Below are positions 1-10,991 of a stretch of DNA of 64,000 bases, piece after piece. Position numbers and translations under genes: made by a program. How positions within the stretch are numbered: the stretch's first letter is position 1; every line of letters starts with the position of its first letter. Under the pieces are notes generated by a model. That model ran no database searches. It saw only the letters and a list, made by a program, of their open reading frames with translations, and was not told the DNA's origin. Source of the DNA: a virus (lineage: Duplodnaviria > Caudoviricetes); the IMG/VR virus record IMGVR_UViG_3300014204_000111, positions 32,001-96,000 of that record; one strand, 5' to 3'.

Positions 1-3
1 AAG

Positions 4-711
4 ATGAAGATGGAGACTGATAAGACAACTATTTATTTAACGAAGAAACTCCAAGAAGCTGAAGCTGCTGGAGATGATATACAAAGAGATAAATATTATC
101 AGTTACTTTTAGCAAAATATAACGATTTGATATATTTTATCGTCAAAAAGTTTGATATTCCACCGCGTGTAGGAGTTGATGATGTAGTGTCAGTTGCGAA
201 ATTAGGGTTATGGAAGGGATTTAAAAGATTTGACCCAAGTATTAGCAAAGCTACTACATATCTTACCAAAGTTATTAAAGGTGAAATATATAGATATTAT
301 AGAGATTATTGTTGGCAGTGGAAAGTTGCTCGTAGATTAAAAGAAGCTGTTTCCTCTTCAAAAGATGTAGAAGAAATTTCTAAAAAATACAATATATCTA
401 CCGAGGAAGTAATAGAAATTCAAAATATACTTCGTTCTAATTTATCGCACGAAGATTATCAAGAATTTCACGAAGATGTGGATGAACAAGCTTTTGAAAA
501 AACACATAATGATATAATAGTAGAACAAATGCTTTCAACTTTAGGAGAAATAGAATCAGAGGTTATTAAACTTTTTTATATAGAAGAAAGAGGAATAACT
601 GATATTGCTGACATTTGTTGTATAGAAGTTGCAGCAGTTAAAAAAATTCTTACTAAAGCTGTTGAGAAATTAAAAGAAGAATTTGAAAATGAAAAAGAGG
701 AAAATAAATGA
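4..711 (+). CDS. Sigma-70 family sigma factor, SigB/SigF/SigG-like
   Basis: Region 2 motifs DDVVSVAKLGLWKGFKRFDP...TYLTKVIKGEIYRYYRD; C-terminal region 4 HTH. Confidence 0.85.
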   Translation: MKMETDKTTIYLTKKLQEAEAAGDDIQRDKYYQLLLAKYNDLIYFIVKKFDIPPRVGVDDVVSVAKLGLWKGFKRFDPSISKATTYLTKVIKGEIYRYYRDYCWQWKVARRLKEAVSSSKDVEEISKKYNISTEEVIEIQNILRSNLSHEDYQEFHEDVDEQAFEKTHNDIIVEQMLSTLGEIESEVIKLFYIEERGITDIADICCIEVAAVKKILTKAVEKLKEEFENEKEENK

Positions 712-1538
712 TTGCTGGATTATTAACTTTAGATATGTTACCTGATTTGTATAATAAAATTGCAAAAGAAATAAAGAGTTTAGAAGCAGATAAAAATGCA
801 ATAGAGGTTATTCCAAAAGAGATAAGTAAAAAAGGATATGATTCTACTGGTTATAGATATCAATATCTTTGTAACGTATTAAATCAAGTTATTGGTTCTT
901 GGCATTGGACATTAACTCCTGATTTAATCCATAATTATCAATATGAAGTAACAGATAAATGGGGTAATACCAAAACATATTTTAATGTTTGTGTAAAAAC
1001 TACGTTGAGAATTGGTAATTGGATTCCGTCAGTCGATACAGAATCACAAGTCTCTTCTGTTTTTGAAATTTTGGATGAAAAAGTTCATTATGGAAATAAT
1101 ACGTCTCCTTTTGTTGGAGAAGCTATTAAAGGCTGCGTTACTAATTCTATCAAAAAGACTTTTGCTTTAGCTGGTTTTGGTGAAAGAGCAATGACTGGCG
1201 CTCTTGCCCGTGAATTTGGAGATGAATTACCTCCTGATGAAGAATTTGAAACTGCTGATTTCGAACATCCGGTAACTAAACCAATAAATAAATCAGTTCC
1301 AACCAAAGGAATAGAAATATATTCTACTTCATTTTATGATGCCAAAAACCCATATGGATTAGCACATTGTCATAGAACTAATTTCCCCCTCTCTGAAGAG
1401 CAAATGAATTTTTGTAAAAAAGAAAGATATAGACCTTCATCTGTGAAGGTAATTTCTGAGAGTAAGGGTAATATAAATAGTATAAAATTATCACCAGAGG
1501 AAATTGAATATGCCAAGGAACTTAAGCAAATTAGCTAA
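708..1538 (+). CDS. Rad52/Rad22-like ssDNA annealing protein
   Basis: LNQVIGSWHW and AIKGCVTNSIKKTFALAGFG resemble Rad52/Sak motifs; replication context. Confidence 0.6.
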   Translation: MIAGLLTLDMLPDLYNKIAKEIKSLEADKNAIEVIPKEISKKGYDSTGYRYQYLCNVLNQVIGSWHWTLTPDLIHNYQYEVTDKWGNTKTYFNVCVKTTLRIGNWIPSVDTESQVSSVFEILDEKVHYGNNTSPFVGEAIKGCVTNSIKKTFALAGFGERAMTGALAREFGDELPPDEEFETADFEHPVTKPINKSVPTKGIEIYSTSFYDAKNPYGLAHCHRTNFPLSEEQMNFCKKERYRPSSVKVISESKGNINSIKLSPEEIEYAKELKQIS

Positions 1539-1845
1539 TTTTCTTAAAAATTGTAGAGGAACTACAACACATAAAGATTTTGCGGCTAAATTAGCTGCCT
1601 TTTTTAATGAAGAGATTTTTATTTCTTATTCTCACTTAGCTAATATTGAAGCTGACCGAAAATCTCCAGACCAGTCTAAATTTCTTCGTTTATGTACAGA
1701 ATTTATCAAAATTGACCATGACACTGCTCTTGCAATGTGGGTAGAACAGAAAAGATTAGTAGAAGCTAATCGTAAATTTAAAAAAAAGATAGATAATTTA
1801 CAAAAAGAGTTTAATAAAAAAAATACGTTACCATTAGAGGATTAA
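1504..1845 (+). CDS. XRE-type HTH protein
   Basis: ISYSHLANIEADRKSP HTH-like segment. Confidence 0.55.
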   Translation: MNMPRNLSKLANFLKNCRGTTTHKDFAAKLAAFFNEEIFISYSHLANIEADRKSPDQSKFLRLCTEFIKIDHDTALAMWVEQKRLVEANRKFKKKIDNLQKEFNKKNTLPLED

Positions 1846-2262
1846 TGATTTCACTACCAAATAAGTATCCCTCTAGATTAATGACTGAGGTATATAATAC
1901 AAACCCTAAAATACTCGATGAGTTTATTTTAGATATTGGTAAAGAGAGAAAAATCAAAGACATTTCATTTATAGCAGATATTACAAAAGCCTATAGAAAA
2001 AAATTTAAGGCTCCTTATTATAGGATATTTATCTCTAACCACTTTCCTTTTGACAAAAGGAATAAACAATATGTTTCTTTGCTTAATAGTGGAGAGATAG
2101 TAATTTTATTAGAACCGTTTTTGTTTAAGACGGAAGTTTGCAATTATTCTAGTTCACTCTTTATGATTTCAAGTGGATTGCCTATTATAAGTAATGGAAA
2201 GATTATTCAAACAGTTAAATTATATGATATAGAATATATAGCAACAAGGTTTTTTCAAACGG

Positions 2263-2931
2263 ATGATACAAAATTATAGAGATTTATATGCCGGTAAAGT
2301 CATTGCTGTTATTGGGAGCGGCCCAACAGCAATAAAGTATAGTGGAAAAGAGGATATTGCTATTGTTCTTAATGGAGCAATTAATCTTGCCGCAAAAACT
2401 GACTATTTTATGGGATTTGATTTAAGTATTCCTGAACTTAGTTATTATTATTCTAATACGGCAATAACTAGATTAGTAGGAGCAAATATTGTTTCTATGG
2501 ATAGAATTGTCTATCCAGATTTACTTGATAGACAAAGAAAAATTCTTAGAGGAGGACATGTTACTGAGAATGAATTTCATTTAAGCAATATTGTACCAAA
2601 ATCTCCTCATGGATATTGGTTTTTTCAAACTAGAAAATCACCTATTTTTGATAAGGGAATGATGTATCTTTCAGCAATGGGCAATATATCAGTCCCTGGT
2701 GTAGAAACAGCTATTATTATGGGAGCTAAGAGAATCAATTTATATGGTATAGATTTAGGTAAAAGAGGATACTTTTATGCTCCTAGTAATTCTAAACAAA
2801 TTAAGGCTTATCAGCCACAAAGGTCTAAGTTTATGAATGATTTATTAACTTTATGCTTACAAAATGGCATAGAAATTGGAGTTTGTCGTGGACAAACCTC
2901 AAGAGTGACAGTGGGGGAAAATATTGGCTAA
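2263..2931 (+). CDS. GT29/DUF115-like nucleotide-sugar-binding protein (putative glycosyltransferase)
   Basis: VIAVIGSGPTA and GAKRINLYGIDL motifs. Confidence 0.5.
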   Translation: MIQNYRDLYAGKVIAVIGSGPTAIKYSGKEDIAIVLNGAINLAAKTDYFMGFDLSIPELSYYYSNTAITRLVGANIVSMDRIVYPDLLDRQRKILRGGHVTENEFHLSNIVPKSPHGYWFFQTRKSPIFDKGMMYLSAMGNISVPGVETAIIMGAKRINLYGIDLGKRGYFYAPSNSKQIKAYQPQRSKFMNDLLTLCLQNGIEIGVCRGQTSRVTVGENIG

Positions 2932-4126
2932 AGGTAATGTAGCAGAAATTTTAAAACAACATTTAGAAGATATTAAAACCCCAAAACCAAGAATTATGAC
3001 TGGATATAAGGATTTAGATGACGCATTAAAGGGGATTCGTCCATCAGATTTTGCAATTATAGCTGGAGGAACTGGAGAGTTTAAAAGTACGCTATCTACT
3101 AATGTACTTTTAGCAAATTTGAAACAAGGTCATTCTGCTGTAATGTATAATTATGAAATGTCTAATCTTCAATCTTTTCGAAGAATATTATGTGGAGAGA
3201 TGTTAACATCACTTTCAGATTTGGAAGACCCGAATCAATCGAAAGAGTTAATTAAGGCCACAGAAGAAAAAGCAGCAGAATTAGTGAAAAGTAATCTATA
3301 TTTTGTTGAAAACAATATTGATAACGTAGATATGTTACTTCTTGATATTGCTAGAAAAAAACAGGAAGGTTTTAATCTTTTTATTGTAGATTATATTCAA
3401 TTAATTAATAGTGACAAAGGCTCAAGAGTAGAACAAATAGAATATGTAGCTAGAAAGCTAAGGAAAGCTGCATTATCAACAGATACAGTAGTATTAGGAA
3501 TTTCTCAATTATCTCGCGCTCACAAAAGAGAAGGAGGGGAGCCGGATTTACATGACCTTAAAGGTTCCGGTGGTTTAGAGAATGATGCTACTCAAGTAAT
3601 TTTTGTTTTTACAAAAAGATATAATGAAATTTTGAGAGCTAAAGGCATTACTAAAGCATATCTTCCTTCCTATAGAGAATCAGAGCTTGTTATTAAAAAG
3701 AATCGTCACGGAGAATCAGGTCGTCGTTCTCGATGTATTGTACTTCCGTCTTATTATAAATTTATTAATATAGAAGATACAGTGGGAGTAGACCCATCTA
3801 AAATTGGGCCATTTCCTTGTATTGGAGATGAAGGTAGATGTAATGAGGAAGAATTTATAATAATAGGTAATGAATTTTATTGCGCTCATTGTAAAAGTAG
3901 GTATAATACTCAGTGTTCTCGTTGTAATGATACTGGATATGTAAGATATACTAAAATGAGCCATAATTATGATTATGAGTATATTGGATTTTGTCCATCT
4001 TGTCCTAGAGGTCAAGCCTTAGTAAGTAGTATTAAAGCGACTAATAGTATTCTCGATACTCCACAAGATAAAATTACTCTTTTACCATTTATTAAACAGG
4101 TTACTCCACAGGAAGTTTCTGTGTAA
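2924..4126 (+). CDS. dnaB: DnaB-like replicative helicase with Cys-rich C-terminal extension
   Basis: Walker A variant AGGTGEFKS, IVDYIQL, SQLSR, DLKGSGGLENDA, KNRHG. Confidence 0.9.
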   Translation: MAKGNVAEILKQHLEDIKTPKPRIMTGYKDLDDALKGIRPSDFAIIAGGTGEFKSTLSTNVLLANLKQGHSAVMYNYEMSNLQSFRRILCGEMLTSLSDLEDPNQSKELIKATEEKAAELVKSNLYFVENNIDNVDMLLLDIARKKQEGFNLFIVDYIQLINSDKGSRVEQIEYVARKLRKAALSTDTVVLGISQLSRAHKREGGEPDLHDLKGSGGLENDATQVIFVFTKRYNEILRAKGITKAYLPSYRESELVIKKNRHGESGRRSRCIVLPSYYKFINIEDTVGVDPSKIGPFPCIGDEGRCNEEEFIIIGNEFYCAHCKSRYNTQCSRCNDTGYVRYTKMSHNYDYEYIGFCPSCPRGQALVSSIKATNSILDTPQDKITLLPFIKQVTPQEVSV

Positions 4127-4680
4127 TGAAAATATATAAAGATTTTAGTTATGCTGATAGGGTTGGATATTATAAGTTTTTAGCAAATTATCCAGAAAAA
4201 ATAGCCAATTACGAACTTCAACCATTTAATTCTATTTATAGAAGAATAGAAGAATTTGCAGATAGTGATTATAATAGGGGATTTTGGGTATCTTCTCCAA
4301 ATCCCATTAATACAGGTTCGCTCTTAATTCCTCTTGCTATTAAATTAGGAATTACTTATGTTAATATATTAAATTTAACATCTAAAGATGTAGAAGAAAC
4401 AATGGAGATAGTTAGGAATACAGAGCTTATTATAGATGAAATAGGTAGCGAAGGCCAAAGAATGACTTGGTTAGTTGATAAGATTATGCAAGAACGATAT
4501 TCTAATGGTCTTATCACTTTCATTGGGTCTACTCGTCCATTTAGACAACTTAATAATACTTATAATGCAGCAACCTTATCTAAAATGGATAGTATGACTT
4601 GTTTTCGCGTAGATATAGAAACATTTGATATGTTTCCTTCTATGGATTCTAGTAAAAATATAATTTTAACGGAGAAATAA
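4126..4680 (+). CDS. Degenerate DnaC/IstB-like helicase loader
   Basis: LIIDEIGSE...IMQERY...TFIGS; follows dnaB; Walker A degenerate. Confidence 0.5.
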   Translation: MKIYKDFSYADRVGYYKFLANYPEKIANYELQPFNSIYRRIEEFADSDYNRGFWVSSPNPINTGSLLIPLAIKLGITYVNILNLTSKDVEETMEIVRNTELIIDEIGSEGQRMTWLVDKIMQERYSNGLITFIGSTRPFRQLNNTYNAATLSKMDSMTCFRVDIETFDMFPSMDSSKNIILTEK

Positions 4681-4990
4681 ATGATTAATTGTATTGAAGA
4701 AATTGACCAACGAAATAACCTTGGTTCGGGTATGTTTCTTTGGGCTAAAGAAAAAAAACTTGATGTAATGATTACTGTTAAAAGTCTTCCTTATAGTCTT
4801 AATCTCTTTCCTAAAGATGAGCATGGAGAAGTAAAAAAGATGGAAACTCCATTAGATTATAATGTAGTAGGAGGAGTTATTGAAGAAGTTTTTGGATATA
4901 ACTCTGCTGATACTTGGCTTATGTTTAAATCTAATGAAGGTAGAATCTTTGCTCTTAACACCAAAGAAGTTGTAATGATATCATTCATGG

Positions 4991-6106
4991 ATGAGCCAGA
5001 TGCAAAATAAGATTTTAGCGGTAGGAGATATTCAAATCTGCCCTAAATCTTATGACCAAATTGATAAATTTCTTAACGAATATCTTTTAGATTATATTAC
5101 TAAAAATGATATAGACACTGTAATATTTCCTGGGGATTTATTTGAATATTCTAACTATACTAATAACTATGTGAGTAGTGCTTCTATAATAAAGCCGTAT
5201 TCAAAATTCTTTGACTCTTTATCTTGGGTTAATCCTAAACATCTTAATAATTTTGGTAAGAAAGTAACAGTTATTATTGTTGATGGTAATCATGATAAAA
5301 GCTATGGTAGTTTTGCAAATGCCAATGATATATTTATTGCAGAACATATTATACATTCTTCGAAGACAATTGAATTATATAAACCACCTAGTTTAACCTG
5401 TGGATTCATTCTGGTTCCGTGGTTGATGCCTCATGAATATACGTCTCGTAGTGAGGTACTTGATTATATTAAGTTCCTTGCCTTCCAGTGTAAGTCTGAG
5501 GGGCTTATTCCGATATTGGTCGGACACTTGCGAGTTGTAGATTTAGAGTCTAGTATAAAGATAAAAAAATCGGATTATAGTTTCACTTTTTCTTCTGAGG
5601 AACTAAACTCGTTAGGTATTGAATATGGTATTTTAGGCGATATTCATACAAAACAAAATGTGGTTAATAAAATAGATTATATTGGATGTATTAGGCAGAG
5701 AAATTTTGGTGAAGTTAATAATCCTAGTGTATTTAGAGTTATTACTATTACTAATCAAGTGATAACACATGATAAATATGAGGTATGTAATTTTTTCCCT
5801 GAATATCATACTCTTACTGTAGAATCAGAAGAAGCTTTAGAGAAATTATTAGAAGATAATCATTTTATAGACAGAGATTTTTACAGGATTGATGCTTTAT
5901 TTCCTACAGTTACTAAAAGTTTTCGTCCTAATGTGATTGTACGTTCAACTGTTAAATTAGCTACTAAAGAACTGTCTACTCCAACAAGAGTCCAAGATTT
6001 AGATGCTTCAAATTTAATTAAAATTTATAATGATTATACAAAAGAATTTGATGACTTAGAAAAAATAATGAAATATTGGAACGACACTAATGATACAACA
6101 AGTTAA
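4991..6106 (+). CDS. sbcD: SbcD/Mre11-like nuclease
   Basis: GDIQ, GDLFE, GNHD, LGDIH motifs; next to SbcC. Confidence 0.85.
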   Translation: MSQMQNKILAVGDIQICPKSYDQIDKFLNEYLLDYITKNDIDTVIFPGDLFEYSNYTNNYVSSASIIKPYSKFFDSLSWVNPKHLNNFGKKVTVIIVDGNHDKSYGSFANANDIFIAEHIIHSSKTIELYKPPSLTCGFILVPWLMPHEYTSRSEVLDYIKFLAFQCKSEGLIPILVGHLRVVDLESSIKIKKSDYSFTFSSEELNSLGIEYGILGDIHTKQNVVNKIDYIGCIRQRNFGEVNNPSVFRVITITNQVITHDKYEVCNFFPEYHTLTVESEEALEKLLEDNHFIDRDFYRIDALFPTVTKSFRPNVIVRSTVKLATKELSTPTRVQDLDASNLIKIYNDYTKEFDDLEKIMKYWNDTNDTTS

Positions 6107-7820
6107 AATAGAAAATTTATGTACTATTAAAGATGTAGAATTTGATTTATCCGATATTTCTGTTGCTATGATTGTTGGAGAATCTGGAAGTGGTAAGACA
6201 ACTTTTATTGGTTCTATCTTTGCGTGTTTATATGGAAGTTTTCCTGATAAACCAGAACAGTCTTTATATGACGATGTTTTAAATAAAGAGGCACAAGCAA
6301 AGATATCTGTTACAATAGATATTTCTGGAAAATCATATGTAATACAAAGAATTATTGATAATAAAGACCGAAGATGTTATGCATATGTGTATAATATCAA
6401 TGATATGGCTTCTCCTATTGTTGGCCCTCAAATAAAAGGATTTAATCAATGGATAAGTAACAATTTATTTGATAAAAATATCTTTTTAGCTCTTTATTAT
6501 CTTAGTCAAAAAAAGAAAAATGACATATGTGATTTAGCACCATCAGTAGCCTCAACGGTACTTATGGGACTATTTGGGCTGGATTCTTTCTCAGATACTT
6601 CTAAAAAATACCAAGAATTAGCTAAAGATGCAAATAAAAATCTCGTATATGTAGATAACCAATTTTCAATAATAAGAACTGCTAAAAGTAGACTTGAAGA
6701 GTCTCAAATTAAAATTCAACAATGTTCTACTCAAATAGACGAATGTAATAAAGAACTTAGTGAAATTGACATGTTTTTAAATAATTCTGAATTAACAGAG
6801 CTATCTAAAAATATTACAAGAATTCAAACAGACATTGCGAAATCTCTTTCTTCAAAAGAGAAGTTAGAATTGTCAAATAAGGCAATAAGAAAACAACAAG
6901 ATGTTTATAAGGTTCAAGAGAATTTAATTCGTAACGCTGCGTGTAAAAAAGGCGCTAATTTTGAATATCCATCTTGTCCATTTTTAAATGCTGATAAAAT
7001 TGCTAAAAATTTACAAGATTTACAAGACCAAATTGACCGCAATAATAAGGATATGAGTAAACTTGATAAAGAGCTAGCTCAACAAAGAACTAAATTGCAA
7101 GAATTAACATCAGAAGATAAACCTGGATTTATAAATAAAAAAATTATTTCACAGGAACAAAAAAAGAATGTACTTTCTTTAATTGCTGCTAAAAATAAAG
7201 AACTAGGTGGATTAGAGAACGAAATAGAACATTTACAACAAATTATATCAAAAGAGTCTACATTAAAAAAGGAAAAAGAAATATTTAGAAAAAATGCTTT
7301 ATATGCAGACTTTTTATATAGAACATTTGGTAGAAGAGGAGCGCCATCTTTAATTGTAGAATCTTCGTTAGAAGAGATAAATATAATTGCAAACACTATG
7401 TGTACAGAGTATTATGTGCCATTTAAATTTGCTTTAACCTTTACGAAGGAAGATTCTAATGAAACCCTTCTCGGCTCTTTGAACGTGGTATTATTAGATG
7501 AGGCGTCAAAGCCGCGACATGTATCATCCTATTCTGGAGGAGAAATGCAGTTAGCCCAAATTGTTCTTAGATTTGCTATTCAAGAATATCTCAAAAAATA
7601 TTTAGCAAAAGATAAATTAGCAATTTTTATTGCTGATGAACCTTGGAGCGAAATGGATTCTAATTTAGCAGAATTAGCGTATAATATAATCAATGATAAG
7701 AGTGAATTAGCACAAATTTTAATTATTTCTCATGATACTTCTTTTTGTTCTAAATTTGAGAATGTTATAGAAGTAACAAAATTAGGTAATGAAACAAAGA
7801 TAGAGTTGGTACAAAAATAA
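6090..7820 (+). CDS. sbcC: SbcC/Rad50-like ATPase
   Basis: GESGSGKT, coiled coil, YSGGE signature, IADEP, ISHD. Confidence 0.9.
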   Translation: MIQQVKIENLCTIKDVEFDLSDISVAMIVGESGSGKTTFIGSIFACLYGSFPDKPEQSLYDDVLNKEAQAKISVTIDISGKSYVIQRIIDNKDRRCYAYVYNINDMASPIVGPQIKGFNQWISNNLFDKNIFLALYYLSQKKKNDICDLAPSVASTVLMGLFGLDSFSDTSKKYQELAKDANKNLVYVDNQFSIIRTAKSRLEESQIKIQQCSTQIDECNKELSEIDMFLNNSELTELSKNITRIQTDIAKSLSSKEKLELSNKAIRKQQDVYKVQENLIRNAACKKGANFEYPSCPFLNADKIAKNLQDLQDQIDRNNKDMSKLDKELAQQRTKLQELTSEDKPGFINKKIISQEQKKNVLSLIAAKNKELGGLENEIEHLQQIISKESTLKKEKEIFRKNALYADFLYRTFGRRGAPSLIVESSLEEINIIANTMCTEYYVPFKFALTFTKEDSNETLLGSLNVVLLDEASKPRHVSSYSGGEMQLAQIVLRFAIQEYLKKYLAKDKLAIFIADEPWSEMDSNLAELAYNIINDKSELAQILIISHDTSFCSKFENVIEVTKLGNETKIELVQK

Positions 7821-8797
7821 TGACAAAAGAAATAGGTGATAGTCTCGGCACTTTAAGTAAAGAATTAAATAAGGAGTATGGAGAAGGTACTATTGTTGAT
7901 TTAGATAACGAAGATATTTTTGATGTAGAAACTATTTCGACAGGCTCTTTAGTATTAGATGATTTAACTGGTATTGGAGGAATTCCTTGCGGAAGAGTAA
8001 CTGAGATTTTTGGTAGTGAAGGATGTGGAAAAACTACAATTTGCTCTCAAACAGTTGTTCAAGCTCAAAAGATGGGCAAGAGATGTTTATATTTAGATAC
8101 AGAACATACGGTTGATTTACGATATATGAAGAGTATGGGAGTTGATTTAAAAACACTTATTTTTTCTCGTCCTGCTATCGGAGAGGATGTAATGACAATT
8201 ATTAAAAGATATGTAGAAGAAGATTTAGTAGGATTAGTTGTTCTTGACTCTGTTGCTCAAATGACTACAAAAGCTGAGTCAGAGGGAGACATTGGAGATG
8301 CTAATATGGGAGGAAAAGCTCGTTTAATGGGTCAAACTCTTCGTCTTTTGAGCAAGCCTCTCTTTGACCATAATGTTGCATTAATTCTTGTTAATCAGGT
8401 AAGAGATAAAATTGGTATTACATTTGGTAGTCCTAAGACAACTCCTGGTGGCAAAGCTCTTGCTTTTGCTTGTAGTCTTAGAATTGATATGACAAAACTA
8501 AAAAAGATAAACGGAGATAAGGCCATTCTTACTAAAGCAGAAATTGTTAAAAATAAGTTGGCGTGTCCTTTTGCTAAAGGAGAATTAACAATTGTTCTAG
8601 GAAAAGGAACAATTATAGAACAAGAGATGGTTGAAATAGGTGTTGAAAAGAATTTATGGACAAAGGGTGGAGCTTGGTATAAAATAGATGAAGAGACTAA
8701 ATTTCAAGGCTCTGATAAGCTTGTAGAATATTTAACTGATTTAAGGAGTACGAATAATGAATTATACAAACAGTATCTCTCCACTTGTAGAGGCTAG
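7820..8797 (+). CDS. recA: RecA recombinase
   Basis: GSEGCGKTT, LDSVA, ARLMGQ, NQVR, TTPGGKAL, KNK. Confidence 0.95.
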   Translation: MTKEIGDSLGTLSKELNKEYGEGTIVDLDNEDIFDVETISTGSLVLDDLTGIGGIPCGRVTEIFGSEGCGKTTICSQTVVQAQKMGKRCLYLDTEHTVDLRYMKSMGVDLKTLIFSRPAIGEDVMTIIKRYVEEDLVGLVVLDSVAQMTTKAESEGDIGDANMGGKARLMGQTLRLLSKPLFDHNVALILVNQVRDKIGITFGSPKTTPGGKALAFACSLRIDMTKLKKINGDKAILTKAEIVKNKLACPFAKGELTIVLGKGTIIEQEMVEIGVEKNLWTKGGAWYKIDEETKFQGSDKLVEYLTDLRSTNNELYKQYLSTCRG

Positions 8798-9398
8798 TAT
8801 GGGAGTTAATATGTTAGATATCGAAAAATTTAATAAAATTAATGATTTTGATATTAAAAACAGAATTGCTCGTATTGGTACAATAATTAACGAACAATTA
8901 GTAGTAAGAATGTCTCGTTTTTTGAGTGATATATATAATTGTCCTTTAAATAGAATTAAGAATGCAGAAATTACTAGTGCTAATAACAAAATAACTATTG
9001 AGCTTTGTTCTCCTGGTGGAAGTGCTTTTGATTCTATATCTATTTATAATATGTTAAAAGATGCTTTACCAAAAGAAGTAGAGGTTACAACTGTTGCGTT
9101 GGGATTTGTGGCATCTGGTGCATCATTAATTTATTGTGCTGGTAGTAAGAGATTTTCTACCCGTGGTACTAGATTTATGCTTCATCAACCATCTCAACCA
9201 GGAGGATTTCCTGTTGACAAAGATGTTTTAGAGAATCACAGAGAAGTATTAGCTTCGTTTGAAGAAGAGGCTTATTCAATTTATGCCTTAACTACAGGCA
9301 GAAAAAAAACTCAAATTCAGAAAGATTTATATAGAAAGGATTTTTACCTAACTGCTGTAGCAGCACTTGATTATGGTTTAGTAACGGATATTATGTAA
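8757..9398 (+). CDS. ClpP-like protease
   Basis: SPGGS, VASGAS, FMLHQP, DF..A..ALDYGLVTDI; true start probably 8798 or 8811. Confidence 0.85.
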   Translation: MNYTNSISPLVEASMGVNMLDIEKFNKINDFDIKNRIARIGTIINEQLVVRMSRFLSDIYNCPLNRIKNAEITSANNKITIELCSPGGSAFDSISIYNMLKDALPKEVEVTTVALGFVASGASLIYCAGSKRFSTRGTRFMLHQPSQPGGFPVDKDVLENHREVLASFEEEAYSIYALTTGRKKTQIQKDLYRKDFYLTAVAALDYGLVTDIM

Positions 9399-10312
9399 TG
9401 GCAAAATTTATAAAAAGTATAACAGATATTTTATATTCTCCTTCTTCATTGAAAAATTTTATGGAATGTCATAGAAAATTTTATTTTGATAAAACTGGTA
9501 CTCCTAAAGCTGCTGAAGAATGGGGTGCTCTTTCTAGGGGAAATGCAGTACATTCAGCAATTGAGAAATATCATAAAAATAACTCTGTGTCAGAGGCAGA
9601 AATGGCTGATATGGGGGAAAAAGAATATAGAAGAGAATGGGGAGTTAGGAAAAGAAAGGGAATCAAAATAAAAACTAATTTTACTAATGATATTAAAGTA
9701 TGTAGAAATATGTGCCTTGGTTATGCCAGATTTATTGCTCCTTTATTAACCGTTGTTTCTTCTGAAGCGGAAATCAATTTTTCACTTCCTAGCGTTTTTG
9801 ATAGTATACCTCCAATTCATCGTATTACAGCTTTTACCTGTAAGTTAGACTTAATTTGTGATGAAGTTGATGGTTATTTATTAGCAGATGTTAAAACAGG
9901 AAAAGATTCTCCAACTGATTTTTATATAGAACAAGATTTTCAATTAGAAATGTATGCATATGCCTTAAATCATGGAGATTTTCAAATTTCTAAAGGTGAC
10001 TATGGAAGTAAAACATATACTAAAATAGTCTCTCCTATTAGTAGAGATAAAAAAGTAACACAAAAAGCAATTTTAAATCTTAAAAATTTATTAAATGAGA
10101 ATGGAGAGTTACAATCTAAACCAAATATTAGTAAAGTTGTATATAAATCAGATATTATGACTGAAGATTGTTTTCTTAAAACATTAAATCATACTCTAAA
10201 AGAAATTAAGCTTTGTTATGATGAAGATTATTGGCCTAAACACGTAGGAAGCATACATGCAACGGCGTGTTCGTTTTGTGATTATCAAGAAGTATGTAGG
10301 AAGGAGAATTAA
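9398..10312 (+). CDS. PD-(D/E)XK Cas4/RecB-like exonuclease
   Basis: YSPSSL..F.EC, GNAVH, LDL...DVKTG, QLEMYAYA, C-terminal CxxCxxxxxC. Confidence 0.85.
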   Translation: MAKFIKSITDILYSPSSLKNFMECHRKFYFDKTGTPKAAEEWGALSRGNAVHSAIEKYHKNNSVSEAEMADMGEKEYRREWGVRKRKGIKIKTNFTNDIKVCRNMCLGYARFIAPLLTVVSSEAEINFSLPSVFDSIPPIHRITAFTCKLDLICDEVDGYLLADVKTGKDSPTDFYIEQDFQLEMYAYALNHGDFQISKGDYGSKTYTKIVSPISRDKKVTQKAILNLKNLLNENGELQSKPNISKVVYKSDIMTEDCFLKTLNHTLKEIKLCYDEDYWPKHVGSIHATACSFCDYQEVCRKEN

Positions 10313-10696
10313 TATGCAAGTTAAGGTTAGTTGTACAGTTGATGATAAATTACTTAATAGACTTTTTAGTCGTACTAAAAGTAGTACTTGGGATAATAGA
10401 TTAGGTGTTCGTCTTAAAGCTATGTTAGAAAGTTTAGATAAAAGTTTGGGATGTAATGATGGTATTAAATATATTGTCCCATTAGGATATGAAGCTAAGG
10501 TTAATATTTGTGAGGAGGCTAAATTAATATACAAAGCGGGAACAGAATTATGTATTAGAAAAAGGCAAGATTTTCAAAGTAGAACAGGAACCTATATTAT
10601 TACATTGTCTGTATCAATTGATGGAGGTATGACATGGTGCAATGTTAATTCTATTGAGATTATAGGTAAAGAATTTTCTGGGGAATTAGAAATTTA

Positions 10697-10990
10697 ATGG
10701 CTATTGACGATGATGTTTTAAGTAGAGATGAATATAAGTGTTCTTTTTGTGGAGATATTAATAATCTAGAAATACATCATATTTCTTATAGAAGTCATCA
10801 TGGTAAGAATAGTAAAGAATATTTAGAAAGTTTGGCTAACAAAATTACTGTATGTCAATTGCATCATATAGCCATTCATCATCATGATTTACGGGTAATA
10901 TATAGTGTCTTAGAACCAGACCGTCCATTAGTTGTCACTAAAGAAGTTTGGGAAAAATTAGATAAAAATCAATATTCAGGAGTTAATTAA
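10697..10990 (+). CDS. Small HNH endonuclease
   Basis: RDEYKCSFCG, LEIHHI, N..TVC..HH. Confidence 0.8.
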   Translation: MAIDDDVLSRDEYKCSFCGDINNLEIHHISYRSHHGKNSKEYLESLANKITVCQLHHIAIHHHDLRVIYSVLEPDRPLVVTKEVWEKLDKNQYSGVN

Positions 10991-10991
10991 A

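Noticed and set aside
9398-10312. CRISPR-Cas system suggested by the Cas4-like gene
   Set aside because: No repeat-spacer array or other cas genes seen; solo Cas4-like nucleases are common in phage recombination modules.
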